Shown here piece by piece: positions 40,216 through 53,459 of a stretch of 64,000 bases of DNA. The notes below the pieces were generated by a model. It did no database searches, was not told the DNA's origin, and saw nothing but the letters and a program-made list of their open reading frames with translations. Each line of letters opens with the position of its first letter. Position 1 is the stretch's first letter. The DNA comes from Eledone cirrhosa (taxonomy: Eukaryota), in contig OZ024740.1 of assembly GCA_964016885.1 (NCBI GenBank), positions 142,600,001-142,664,000 of the forward strand. Reading direction: 5' to 3'. A program made the translations under genes and the position numbers.

Positions 40216-41832
40216 ATGCCATTAGTAAAATCTTAATGCATGCTTCCCACTCTTCTTCAATTGCAAGTGATAGCTATAGAAGATTTTTAGTGTATTGCAT
40301 AAATAAGCAATGTATTTTATCAAAGACCAAGTGGCTTTGGAATAAGACTATACAATCATCTTAACATGTGATATCTTGTTTACATGGAAAATGTTTGGTA
40401 TGTATTGAAGGTGGAAAGTGTAGGTGGAAATTCCCAAAAGTCAAATAGGAATTTGTCAAAGTGTGGGATTACAGATATATACAAGTCATTTCATACATCT
40501 AACAACAAACTAAATTATATAAATAAGCACTCCTGTGGCCAATAGTCTTTAAAATCTAGTTATAAATATAAGTAGAACAATTTCCACCTTGTCCTCCTCT
40601 AATTACATTTTTTATAAGGAAGTTTATTAAAACAGTAGTCTAGCTAACAGTGACTTCAAAAAGAACATTTTTTACACACCCAATCCACATTCTCCAAGGT
40701 CAGGAATAAACCTCAAAAATTTATCTGTGCTACCTGCCATTTTCTTTAAATACGAAGACTAATTTATGTAAGCAATCTCTGTCTTTAATAGACAAGCACT
40801 TTCGAGTAAAACAAAAATATAAAAAATATTCTATAGAGTCCCTATTAATATTTACTACAGTAGTGCTTCCAGCATAAAGACATTTATCAGCAAACCAGTA
40901 AAATATTGTGCTTATAATTGGGCTTCATTGTTTGAATAGATACATATATAGTCTATTGTTGATTTATGTATATATACAGGCATGTGCACTTATGAACTTG
41001 CAACCCAACATCTTCCTAAACTGAAAATTCCCTAAACACATACTCAAACAGAATCAAATTGTCACAAATAAAGAACACTTACATAAACTGTTATTTGACA
41101 ATAAAGCTTTACTTAAATCATATCAACAAGAAGTATGCATTATTTAGCAAGCAACATATTTGAGAAAAAGTAATATTTATTCAATATATTATAATATATT
41201 CATTATACATAATGTACTGAGTGGTCGCATTTTTTATCATGAATCCATTTACAATGCAGATAGATAATGCACTGGGATATTTAGTCATCTGTCAAGTCAC
41301 AAGGACCCTCGGACAAATAATACTTTCCTCAAAATGTGCACCGTACCTAGCAAAGCCACGTTTTGTATGACACCTAACCTGTATGGTAATCCCAGTCACT
41401 TTATCTGTTGACATGCAGTGACTAACAACAGAATGTTTTAAGTCTGCATGTTGTCTGACAATATATGCGTAACTTGTGAATAAAAGATTCAAGGGGTATC
41501 GCTGGCCGTGGCGATTCCTTCCAAACACATTTTGTAATGTATCGTCTCATTGGCTAATTTCATCGTCTTATTGGCTAATCAACCAACGAGAGTAATTGTT
41601 GCTCAAAGCGTTTTGTTTGCACGTTTATTTATCGTTTCGCTTTCGAATTTCTCTCCTGTATTTTGTCGTTTTATCATCAAAATATTTTTCTCGTTTTGGT
41701 AAGTTATATTGTTAATTTATATATGATTTTTTAAATTTATATTAACTATTTTTTTTCAGTTCGTTATAACATGCTTATAATATTGGTTGTATCATATTTA
41801 CTTGTATATATGTCCATATTATTGTTCGTTTT

Positions 41833-41863
<31 letters not shown>

Positions 41864-41981
41864 AATTATTGTGTACAGTGCTCAGGTGCACTACAACTCA
41901 TCAAAGGTGCATGTATAGTACATAGAATAATGTACAAATGTCAGGAAAATGAACAGTGTATGAGTCATGATATAATAATAA

Positions 41982-42170
41982 TAATTGTTTCTACTTTAGG
42001 CACAAGGCCAGCAATTATCCAGTGCATTACTGATACTTTATTTTATCGACCCCGTAAGGATGAAAGGCAAAGTCAACCTCGGCGGGATTTGAACTGAGAT
42101 CATAAAGGGACGTAACAATGGTGGAAAGCATGGCGCCCGACCCTCTACCGATACTGCCAATCCACCGCCC
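41982..42170 (-). mobile_element. tRNA-derived SINE
   Basis: Reverse complement of the family consensus. Confidence 0.87.
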
Positions 42171-42171
42171 G

Positions 42172-42179
<8 letters not shown>

Positions 42180-42207
<28 letters not shown>

Positions 42208-45200
42208 AATATTGTGTACAGTGCCCAGGTGCACCACAACTCATCAAAAAAGTGCATGTACAGTACATAGGGCAATGCACAAACATCAGTAAAATGAACA
42301 GTGCACGAGTCATGATACACACATGTGTGCATGTGTATGGAAGGGGTACATCAGGTGTAGTTTTGGCGTATTTCGGGAAGCATGAGTGTCTTAAAGGATG
42401 CAGTGTCTCGGCAGCTAACAACTGACGCAGGCAGTTTGTTCCATGCTTCAGCAACTCTGAGCGTGAAAAAATGTCTACGAAAGTCATGGGAGCTGTGCTG
42501 TTTTCTGATCTTGTAGGCATGTCCACGTGTGTTAGACACATGGAGATCAAAAAGGTGCTCAGGGTTGCAATTGGCGAGATGGTTAATAACTTTGTGGGTA
42601 TTCACCAAGTCCATTGCCAGACGTCGGAGCTTCAATGAATCCATGCCCAAGGAAATAAGGCGTTCAGAGTATGGTAGGTGTCTGACAGAGGGTATGCGCT
42701 TGGTTGCACGTTTCTGAACAGTTTCCAGGAGGTCAATGTTCTGAGCAAGATAGGGGTTCCAGACTGATGATGCAAATTCCAAGTGTGGTCGTGCCATAGC
42801 TGTATACAGTTTTAAATAGATGGCTGGAGAGCGGCTAACAAAGGTCTTGCTGAGTGATGCCAAGACACCCTCGGCCTTCTTGACAATCTTAGAGACATGC
42901 TTTGTCCAACGCAAATCGCTGCTGACAGTAATGCCCAAGTCACGTTCACAAGAGGACTTCTTGATATCAGTGTTGTGGAGGGAGTATGTGGACGCTGGAT
43001 TTTTCCTTCCAAAATGCATGGTGGTACACTTGTCCACAGCCAGGTTCAGTTGCCAGTCTGTGATCCATTGCTGCATTGTGTCCAGGTCTGATTGTAGGAA
43101 AGAGTTGTAAATTTCAGGATCAGTCCTTTTGATTTCAAGGTACAGTTTGATGTCATCTGCATATTTCAGCACCGTGGCATTCTGTAAGTTGGCATCTATG
43201 TCATTAATATATGCCACAAACAAAAGGGGACCAAGAACAGTTCCCTGTGGTACACCAGATGACATCTCATATGGTGAAGAATGCTGTCCTAGAACCGTGA
43301 CTACTTCTTTTCGGCTGAGAATGAAGGATTTCAACCAGTCGAAAAGATCATCCCTCACACCCATTGCAGAGAGTTTTGCCATAAGTCTTTTGTGTGGCAC
43401 AGAATTAAAAGCCTTAGCAAAGTCAAGGTAAACAACATCCACCCATGAGCCACTGTCAGTGATCCGGGTGATGTCTTCAAGGAACTCGATAAGCTGATCA
43501 CAGCAGCTGGAGTTAGGGATAAATCCAAACTGTGAGGGCCGGATGAGGCTGTGAGAGCTCCAGAAGTTCCAAAGTGTTTCTTTGACACAGGATTCCATCA
43601 GTTTGGCCATACAGCTAATAAGACTGACTGGACGATAGTTGACAGGTGACATGCGGTTGCCCTTTTTGAACAGGGGAATGACACTGGCAGTTTTCCACTG
43701 CTCCGGAGTAGCACCATTGTTGAGACAGTATTGAAAGAAGAAAGAAAGCTGGCGCAAAAGGAAATACCCGCCACGTTTGAGAAGCAGGTATGTCACACCA
43801 TCAAGACCAGGGGAGGCATAGTTGCGCTTATTTTTAAGGTGACGTCGCAACATTGTAGGTGTAAATTCCATAGTTGTTATGGAATTTGATGTTAGAGATG
43901 GTGGAGATGGTACATTCTGGTTTTCAACAGTAAAAATACTTGCATAGCACTCAGCAATGAGTTCTGCATATTCCTTGGGATCGTCAGTGATCTGGCTTGT
44001 GTGGGGATTGCGAAGAGGACCAACTGGAGAGTGAGGTCTCTGCTTTGAATGAACATATTTCCAGAACACCTTACTGTCAGGATTGGTTGCTATGCACTGT
44101 TCAAATTCAAGCACTGCCTTCTTTGTCACTTGCTTGAGATGGTTAGAAGATTTATTCCGCTTTTTTGTGTTGGCATCTGATTTATGCAGTTTATATTCCC
44201 GTTCAGCGTTCCGACGTTCTTTCCTGGCAAGTCGGACCGCTGAAGTTTCCCAAATTGCACTTTTGGGGTGGTTATTTTTCCGCTTCCGTGGCACCAATGC
44301 TGCACACGCTATCCATATTGAGTCCAGGATGCTTTGGAGTATAGTGTTCACATCTCCAGAGTTATACATCTCATGCCAGTTTGGGCGCTGTAGCTCAGTG
44401 CAGTACAAGTTCCAATCCGCCCTCTTCCAATCAAAGCAAGCAGATTGGAGATGGCTCTGGTTTTTGTTGCTGCCCTCAAGTGCCAGATTGGCAATGATCA
44501 TAGCATGATCAGAGTCGCCTAGAGGTTCCTCAGTAGTACAACTGATAACCACTTCAGGAGTAGTGGTGAAGATCAGGTCCAAAGTGTTGTCACCTCTTGT
44601 TGGAGAGGTGACTACTTGTGACCAGTTTGAGTCCAGCACTAGTTCAAGGAAATCGTTTGCACCCTGTGGCCAACGAAAGGTTTCTCAATCGATCTCAGGA
44701 TGATTGAAGTCACCTGCAATAAACACATAAGTGGCTGTTTTCTTGGCAGCAACTCTGAGGATATCGCAAAGCTGTGTGTCCTGATGGTAGTTTGGGGGTC
44801 GATAAACAACACCAAGCAGAAGTGTTGACATGGTCATACGTATGTCACAGAAAAAAACTTCTTCCTGTGATTCGTTCAAATCAACGCAAGGAATTACCGA
44901 AAAGTTTGAACGAACGTAGACCATCACACCACCACCACGGCGGTTAATGCGGTCCTTGCGGAAAAGGTTGTACCCAGTAATGCTGAAAACCCCATCACAG
45001 AGTAAGGAATGTACCCATGTTTCTGTGACTGTGATGAAGTCAGGGTCGATGCTTCTGACGTAGGATTCGAACAGATGTATCTTGTTGCATAAACTGCGAG
45101 AATTTAAGGACAACAATTTGTACCCTGCTCGCAGTTTATGATGGTGTGTAGAGGGTGGCAGGTTGTTCTGGTTTAGTTTCCCAGAGTTGTAGCAGTTTTT

Positions 45201-45490
45201 ACATTGCCAGTTATTGTGGGTAGATCACACTCAGTCCAGCCTTGACAATCACGTTTCACCAGCCTTGACAAACCTCCAGATCTGCCCATCATCACGCAGA
45301 CTAAAACTTTCATGTTGTGCTGAGTTCCGATTCAAGGAAGCTGCAGCACGGAGCTTTGGACGTACATGGGGTGGTAGGCCTGGGCGTGTTCGGAAGGTAA
45401 TCCGATTTTCACGCCCCGCTTTAGCAGAGGCCAGATGGTATGAGGTTGCCTCAGCGGGGTCCGAAAAAGAGAGCCTGATGAGTCTGGGTT
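42180..45490 (-). mobile_element. CR1-clade LINE with near-intact ORF2 (APE endonuclease plus RT) and an ORF1 remnant
   Basis: 44685-45116 APE (NSRSL, VTETW, GGGVMVY, VYRPP, GDFNHP) continues in frame across one TGA into 42351-44639 RT (YLDFAKAFNSVPH, GVPQGTVLGP, YADDIK, ERDLG). (TAT)n tail. A short second 3' end lies at 41860-41970. Confidence 0.92.
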
Positions 45491-45586
45491 ATGTTAGATT
45501 ATTTTATTATTATTATGTTAGATTATTTTATTATTATTATGTTAGATTATTTTTTTTATTATTATGTTAGATTATTTGTTAGATTA

Positions 45587-45740
45587 TTTGCCTTTCATCC
45601 TTACGGGGTCGATAAAATAAAGTACCAGTGATGCACTGGGTAATTGCTGGCCTTGTGCCTAAAGTAGAAACAATTATTTGTTAAAGTACCAGTAATACAC
45701 TGGGTATTTGCTGGCCTTGTGTCTAACGTAGAAACAATTA
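45587..45740 (+). mobile_element. Two tandem SINE 3' halves
   Basis: gcctttcatccttacggggtcgataaaataaagtaccag..gctggccttgtg..agtagaaacaat, with the tail repeated. Confidence 0.8.
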
Positions 45741-45997
45741 TTTGTATGTAATATTTAATTTTTATTAATTCATCTATAACAATTATTATGTAAAATATAT
45801 TTATTTAATATTGATTGTTTTTTGTAGTTGTTTATATTAAAAGTCGGAAAATATTTTTATACATCTTACAATAATATTTATACGATCATTTATAAAATAA
45901 CAATTATATAATCTAATTACATTACAATGATAATTTATTATTAATATATATCATGTTTAACTAGAGTTATTACAAGCGTTGCCTTAAAAAAATATTA

Positions 45998-46437
45998 AAC
46001 TAGACCTGGAAAATGCGCAAGCTCAAAAGAGCCACAGAATGTTATAATAAACCTTCAAAAGTGTGGGACTAGACTTGTTGCTCAAAAATATTGTAATCAT
46101 TATCTATTGTACAATCTGTGGCATCCTTTTGAGACTCATAACGAACTCAAGACGACACGATAATTATTTAAGTGAATTTATAATATAGAATTTGGTTTAA
46201 GTGCATTTCGTATTAATCATTACTAAACATCTAATATGAGATATTGAACATTAGCTTAAATAATTATCGTGTCGTCTTGAGTTCATTATGAGTCTCTTTT
46301 TTATAAAAGGATGCCACAGAGTGTACGATAGATAATGATTACAATATTTTTAAGGAACAACTCTAGTCCCACACTTTTGAATGTTTATTTTAACATTCTG
46401 TGGCTCTTTTGAGCTTGCGCATTTTTCAGGTCTAGTT
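45998..46437. mobile_element. Fold-back (MITE-like) element with about 175-bp imperfect inverted arms
   Basis: aactagacctggaaaatgcgcaagctcaaaagagccacagaatg... pairs with ...cattctgtggctcttttgagcttgcgcatttttcaggtctagtt; spacer about 80 bp. Confidence 0.85.
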
Positions 46438-46567
46438 ATTATATGTATGAATGATGATGATATAGCATTTGTGTGTGTATATATATAACAAAGAAAGTGT
46501 GGTAAGAAACCAGGTGGACCATAACGCACCAGAGTACTTGATACTTTATATATATATATATATATAT

Positions 46568-49500
46568 CATCATCATCATCACATCATCATCGTTTAACGT
46601 CTATTTTCCACGCTAGCATGGGTTTAGACGGGAATTGTCCCACTTGAGGCAAGATTGGTGGTCTGGCTCATATAGGACTGTCTGGAAGGTTTTCTATTGC
46701 TGGATGCCCTTCCTAACACCAACCACGTTTACAGTGTGGACTGGGAGGTTTTTACCGTGTTACCTACACGGCCACATTACAGCGTGGACTGTGTTTTTTT
46801 CGTTGTGACACCTACACGACCTCATTTATTTAGGACTGGATGTTGTGGTGCCAACATAACTTTACAGAGAAAGGGGTGTTGTTGATGGAGGAGGGGTGGG
46901 GGAGTTGGAGTAGTGGGATGGGGCGTATATATGATTAAGAGGTGCCTACTGACTGTAGGTTTCGCTTTGTACTTAGGCAAGGCGGGTTTTCTGTATTACT
47001 GCGTAGCGCCAAAGATCTTGGTCCAGTGACATTGTCTTAGAGAGGTGTAAGTGTGTAAGGTGGGAATTTATCAAGTCGTCCCAGGTTTTTCTGGGTCAGC
47101 CTACTCCGTAACTTCCGTCAATTTTGATAGCCCTGCTCTTTTTTATATAGCTGTCGTCTTTCATGCGCATCACGTGACCATACCAACATAGTCTTCTCTC
47201 GAGTAAACAGCACCTGATTCCTCTTATACCTAATTTCTCACTTAGTTCATTTAAGCTTTGCTGTTCACGTATATTAATTACTATTACACATCCAGCGGAG
47301 CATGCACGCTTCGCTCCTCTCCAGTCTGCGCAGATCCTCTGCACACAATGCCCATGTCTCACTGCCATGTAACATAACTGTTCGTATGCAGGCATCATAC
47401 AGTCTGCCTTTCATTTTTAGAGAGAAACCTTTAATGGCCAATAGTGGTTTAAGCTCTCTGAACTTTTTGCATCCCGTTCTGACTATGGCTACTGTACTTT
47501 CTGAGCACACTCCACCACTGCTGATTTTGTCACCCAGGTAACGGAAGGTGTCCACTATTTCTATAGAGCCATCTGGGCAATAGAAGGAGCTAGTATCCTG
47601 TGGGCACTTGCTACTTATTGCACCTGAGCATCGGCCACATATAAAATCTACGTTCTTAAATAACTTACCTGTGATCCCACTACATCTTTCATGCACCCAT
47701 ACTTTGCATTTGGGACATAAATTGGAATTTCTGCCTACTCCTTTCCTACACACTGAGCATGGCCATTTCCCAGAGGGGGCCTGTGCCCTATTTTCCTTCA
47801 TAATACTAGAACTTTAGTCTTAGACAAGTTAACTTTAAGGCCTTTTGATTCTAGGCCATGCCTCCATGTTTGGAATTTCTTCTCTAGTTCAGCCATCGAT
47901 TCAGCTATGAGTGTTAGATCATCTGCGTATAGAAGTTCCCATGGGCAGCCAGTCTTGAACTCCTCTGTTATAGCCTGAAAGGCAATAATAAATAGGAGCG
48001 TGCTAAGGACTGAGCCCTGATGAACACCAACTTTTACGCTAAATTCTTCACTATATTCGTTAATATTGCTGACTGTTTCTTTATACATGGTTTGTATAGC
48101 TCTCACAAGCCATTCATCAACCCCTAGCTTTCTCCAAGTCAACAAAAGCTAAGTATAGGGGTTTACTTTTAGTTAGGTACTTCTCCTGTAGTTGTCGTAC
48201 AATGGTCTGTGGTACTTTTGCCTGACACAAACCCAAACTGCATTTCGTCTAGATCAATTTGCTCTCTGATTAGTTGCGCTATAACTCTTTCTGTGACCTT
48301 CATGACCTAGTCAATCAATTAAATGCCTCTATAGTTTCTTCTATCTAGTGCATCTCCTTTACCCTTATAGCAGTTAATGATGATGTTGCTACACCAGTCA
48401 TCTGGTATGACCCCCTTCTGTATGGTTTACTATGGGTGACCATAGTGTGTCCCACCGTTCCAGATACTTTCAGCATTTCAGCAACTATCTCTGAAGACCC
48501 AGCTGCCTTGCCCGTCTTCATATCTTTGATTGCCTTACTTATTATACTACCTTCAACTTGCACTGCTGGTCCCTCTATTGGATCGATGTGGGGCAGACTA
48601 TCTTTGTCCCATTTATTCTCCTCATTTAGTAGCCTCTCGTAGTGACACTTCCAAGCTATCTTCTTATCAGCGTCAGTGATGGCAAGTACACCATCATCAT
48701 TACGGACACACTTCTCCCCGACAATATCCGGTTTTCCTTGACACATTGCCTAGCAATCCTGAACACCTCACGTTTTTGGTCCTCGCGTTGTAGAACATGC
48801 TTGAACTTTCTCTCCTCTGCTTCCCTTCTTGCAAAGTACACTTGTCTCCTAGCTTCCCTCCTGGCCACTTGATAGTGTTCTCTACTTCCCCCATCCCGCC
48901 ATACTTTCCAAGCCTGCTTTTTGGCCTTGATTAACTCCTCCACCTTACTGTTCCACCACCAAGTTACTCTCCTCCTGCCTATAGGTCTGCTCCAGCCACA
49001 GATTTCATCTGTCGCCTTCAGCAGGTTAACTTTCAGGAATTCCCACTGTTCCTCTATATTGTACGTCTCTAAATGCTCTTCCTTACTGTCAAAAGCATCA
49101 AGTAATATGCTTTTAAATGTGTTACTGGCTGTAGGGTCCTTTAACTTCCATATTCTTCTCCTTAGGGTAGTCCTCTTCTGTTGTCGAGTACATCTCGTCC
49201 TGACTATGAGGTCGCTAACTATGAGGCTATGTTGGGATGTGCATTCTTCATGGGGGAGGGATTTAGCGTTTACAACAGACACTCTGTCATGTCTTCTGGT
49301 AAGGATATAATCTATCTGACTGGTGTGTTCCTCTGATCTTTAGGTAATCAAGTGATTGTCTCGTTTTTTGAAGTTTGTGTTACAGATAGTTAGGTTATTT
49401 GTGTCACAGAATTCCAGGATTCTGGAGCCTTCCTCATTTCTAGTACCAAACCCATAGCCTCCATGGATTCCATCGTAGCCGTCACAATGTTGTCCAACAT

Positions 49501-50666
49501 GACCATTTAGGTCACCAGCAATAATTATGTAGTTACTGTCGGTTATTTGGGAGGTAGTGAGCCTTAGCAACTCATAGAATCTGTCTTTTATAACGCCAAG
49601 CAGTCCGGATTGGGGTACGTACGCAGATATTACTGTCACAGTAGTTCTATTTAGGACAAGTCTTATTTGAATTATTCTGTCGTTCACTCTATTTACGTCT
49701 ATTATCTTATCTACCCATTTTTCTGCTAACATAATTCCTACTCCACCCAGCCCATTGTCATTTCTTTGTGGGTAAAAAACGATGCTATAAACTTTTAACC
49801 AGAAAAGTTTATAGCATCGTTTTTTACCCACAATGAATCTAGCAGACCCACCCCTCCACCTGGTCTCTTGAACACAGCAAACATCGACCTCCTTATGTTC
49901 AAGCATCTCTACAACCTCGTTAGAGCGACCTTTTAAAGTGCCTACATTCATGGTACCAACTCTGAAGTTTTGGATTGCGTTTGGTGGGTGGGAAGGATGA
50001 GGCGCAGGGAGGGGTGATGGAGATGGGGTTATGTTAGCCATCTGTGGCCGAAATAAAGAGAAGTCCTTACATTCTCGTCCGGCAACATAAGGTGAATTTA
50101 TCTTTATCTTTGACATTGTCATTGAGTGTCCACATTTTTCAGACTCTCCAGAATTCCATAGTCCATCTAGCATATCGAAAAGGTCTAAACTTAAGGAGTA
50201 ATAGCCGAGGCCCTGGTTTTGTGAAAGAGATTGGTAAGAAACATATTATAAGCCGCTGAATTTTGATTGGACCAAATAATAATGATGGTGAGTGGGGCGG
50301 GGGATGGATATGGGGGAGTTAACGAGAAGGTTATTTTATAATATAATCCTAGAAATTCGGCCATAATTAAACGAGCATATAACAGTAATCAGAGTTTAAA
50401 TACAAGTAGAAGATTTTTTTTGAGGGTCTGACAGAATTATGGGAGTTTAAAATACAAGAAGATTGTTTTGAAGGTCTGACAGAATTATCGAATAACATTG
50501 AAAAGATTGGATTCTAAGTTAAGCGGACGATATAAGACTGATAGGTAAATGGACTAGGAACAAGGAGAGACAAGAAAATAGGGGGAATACATTACATTTC
50601 TCAAAACAAGCGTTCGGATAAGATAAGGGATCGACAAACTCTGAGATTCGTAGCTCACAACAGGTT
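46568..50666 (-). mobile_element. Near full-length RTE LINE (APE, RT, PHD insert) with multiple frameshifts
   Basis: 49340-50173 APE (TMNVGTL, CVQETRW, GDLNGHVG); RT pieces 47096-49282 (GVHQGSVLS, YADDL, FRYLGD); (gat)n tail at 46568. Confidence 0.93.
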
Positions 50667-51329
50667 TATTTTATATATATATATATATAGTAATAATAAT
50701 AAATTTGAAGACTAAAATCCAAAGTTTCAGAAGATCCTGTTAAGGGTGAAAGCAGCGATTCTTTGCTTAAACTTTAATCTGTTATTTTAATAAATATATA
50801 TATATATATATATTTATTAAAATAACAGATTAAAGTTTAAGCAAAGAATCGCTACTTTCACCCTTAACGGGATCTTCTGAAACTAACAAAGTCAATCTGT
50901 AAACGCAGAACTGGATATTTCAAAAAACGTTGCAACCGGAGGAAGATAGGAAGACGATACTTTGGTTCATGGAAACGTTCGCTGGCAAAGAGCGGGAAAA
51001 AACGAATATAATACGTCATTAATAGGAGCGGTGAAAAACAATACGCGCAAAGACAGAACCACGTTTATGGTATAATAGAGGTCGTAGACTAATGTTCTCT
51101 TAGGTGGTGCATAGAGACGTTCTCTGGCGATGAACGAAAAAAACGAAGATAATACGTCATATGTGGAGCGTGGAGAACAATAGCACGCAAAGACAAAACC
51201 ACGTAAATGGTATAGCAGAAGTCGTAGACTAAATTCTAACTAGGAGACCGAATGAATCTCTGCTACGGAGTTAAGAACAAAGTAAATAAATACGATACCG
51301 GTTGAGCACTCTACTGACTTATATTCATC

Positions 51330-53459
51330 ATGCAGAAACAACATCTGAATATTTCTACAAAGAACATACCCGTACCAAGCAGGAAAACATACCTAAAATT
51401 CCTGATACAGAAAACAGACGCGTTCATTAAAAGGTTGCGTTGGCGGGCCTTTTACTTCGATAATCCGCGAAAAGCAGACAACAAACAGGATAAATTTGGA
51501 TTTAAAACCTATAATAACCCCCCGTGTAACCCAGCATTGCTACCCTTCGAAAATGATGTCTTGGAACTCATTCGGAGTATCAAATTTCGGAATAGGAGCA
51601 ATTCCTTCCAGCTAGACCTGAAGAATAGAATTCGTTCTATTAAGGATTCTAATGCCGTGCACGTCCATTCCGACAAAACTGGAAACCTATATCAAGTTGA
51701 GCGCAGTACTTACCATCAACTACTACATAATGCTGTAACTAAGGATTACCGTAAAACTAATCGGTGCGTCATCAATGAAATCAACGATGCTGGGTTTAAA
51801 ATCACATCTGATCTCAACATCCTGGACCGGACCGAACCTCTGGACCCTATTTCTCCCCACTTTACCCTGAAGGATCACAAATCCAATTTTCCGAACAACC
51901 CCTCTATTCGGCTTATTAACCCTACGAAGTCCGATTTAGGTAGACTTAGTAAGACGATTCTTGATAGAATTATACCTGAAATTAAAAGTTTGGCCCCTCT
52001 TGCACTGTGGAACAATTCCTTCGCGGTGATTGATTGGTTCAACGGCATACGTAACAAGGAACATTGCCGTTTTATCCAATTCGACATCAACAATTACTAT
52101 TCCTCCATCACTTTACCACTTCTCCTTAGAGCTATCAATTTCGCTAAAACACTCACAGTGGTTAAGGATTTCGAAGTTGATGTCATCCTCAATGCCCGTA
52201 AGTCGGTGATTAATTTCGACGACTCTATTTGGATTAAAAAATCCAATAGTACCCCATTCGACGTGAGTATGGGCGCCAGTGATTCTGCGGAGGTTACTGA
52301 TCTTATCGGCCTTTTCCTTCTTTTATCTATCAAGGACGAATTCCCCAACGCGGGCGGTGGTTTGTACCGTGACGATGGTCTTTTGACCATGACTAAGTGC
52401 GGACCTCGTGCTTGCGACAGGTTCAGTAAAGAACTCACAGCCTTCTTTAAAGGCTTCAACCTCTCTATACAGGTTGAGGCCAATCTCTCGGTCGTTAATT
52501 ACCTCGACGTTACCCTCAACCTATTGAATGGGTTGTATTACCCGTATAGAAAGCCGAATGATACGCTTAATTACATAAGTAAGCATTCCAACCATCCTGC
52601 CAGCATAACCAAGAACCTGGTAAGAAACGTTTCGTTGAGGCTTTCCCGTCTTTCCACCAACGAGCGTATTTTCAACGACCATTCCACTTATTACAATGAA
52701 GCTCTTGCTCGAAGTGGATTTGTCGATAAGGTAGCATATACAGAGTACGAAAATAGACCTAGAAGAAATAGTTCCCGTCGCATTTGTTGGTATAACCCAC
52801 CATATAATATGGAGGTGGCTACACCATTAGCTAAGATCTTTCTTTCCCTTATTACGAAGCATTTTCCCCCTACACATAAATATAGTAAAATTTTTAATAG
52901 AAATACTATTAAAATTTCTTACTCTACGACTCCTAACCTTGCACATAACATCACAGCTTCAAATTTAGCTAAACTACCTATCCGTAGGAACACGTGCAAC
53001 CCTGTAGTTAGTACTAACTGTAATTGTAGGAAACGGGTTGATTGCCCCCTATCCGGTAAATGCCTCTCTAGTAACATTGTCTATAAATGTAAGGTTGTAA
53101 CACCCACGTCCCGTAGGGCCTACATAGGGTTAACCGCCAATAGTTTCAAGCAGCGTCTTTACATGCATACCCATTCTTTTCGTTACCCTCTAAGAAGGAA
53201 TATGACGTCACTTTCAGCTTATATCTGGAGTCTAAAAGACAACCACACCCAATATAAGTTACACTGGGAGATCCTAGCGAGGGCTAGATCGTATAACGGA
53301 AATAAAAGACCATGTGACCTCTGCGCCGCTGAGACCCTGTAAATACTCTACGCCACAGACCACATCTTAAACAAAAAATCTGAGGCAATTTCGGCTTGTA
53401 AACATAAATTGCACAACACTTTCCTGTATTACAGCCCCACGTTATACCCTAACGGATAG
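51330..53459 (+). CDS. Penelope-like RT plus GIY-YIG endonuclease polyprotein with one premature TAA at 53340-53342
   Basis: STKNIPVP..KRLRWRA, FIQFDINNYYSSI, DVSMGASDSAEV, LYRDDGL, YLDVTL, CNCRK..CPLSGKCL, IVYKC, YIGLT, CDLC. The frame continues after TAA as ILYATDHILNKKSEAISACKH...NG*. Confidence 0.92.

Noticed and set aside
23364-44687. Programmed TGA readthrough in the Dong and CR1 ORFs
   Set aside because: The stops fall at expected Trp, Gly or Arg codons and are explained by single substitutions.
53340-53342. Selenocysteine recoding, as reported for some Naiad elements
   Set aside because: The in-frame stop is TAA, not TGA, and is not at a cysteine position; no SECIS was recognised.
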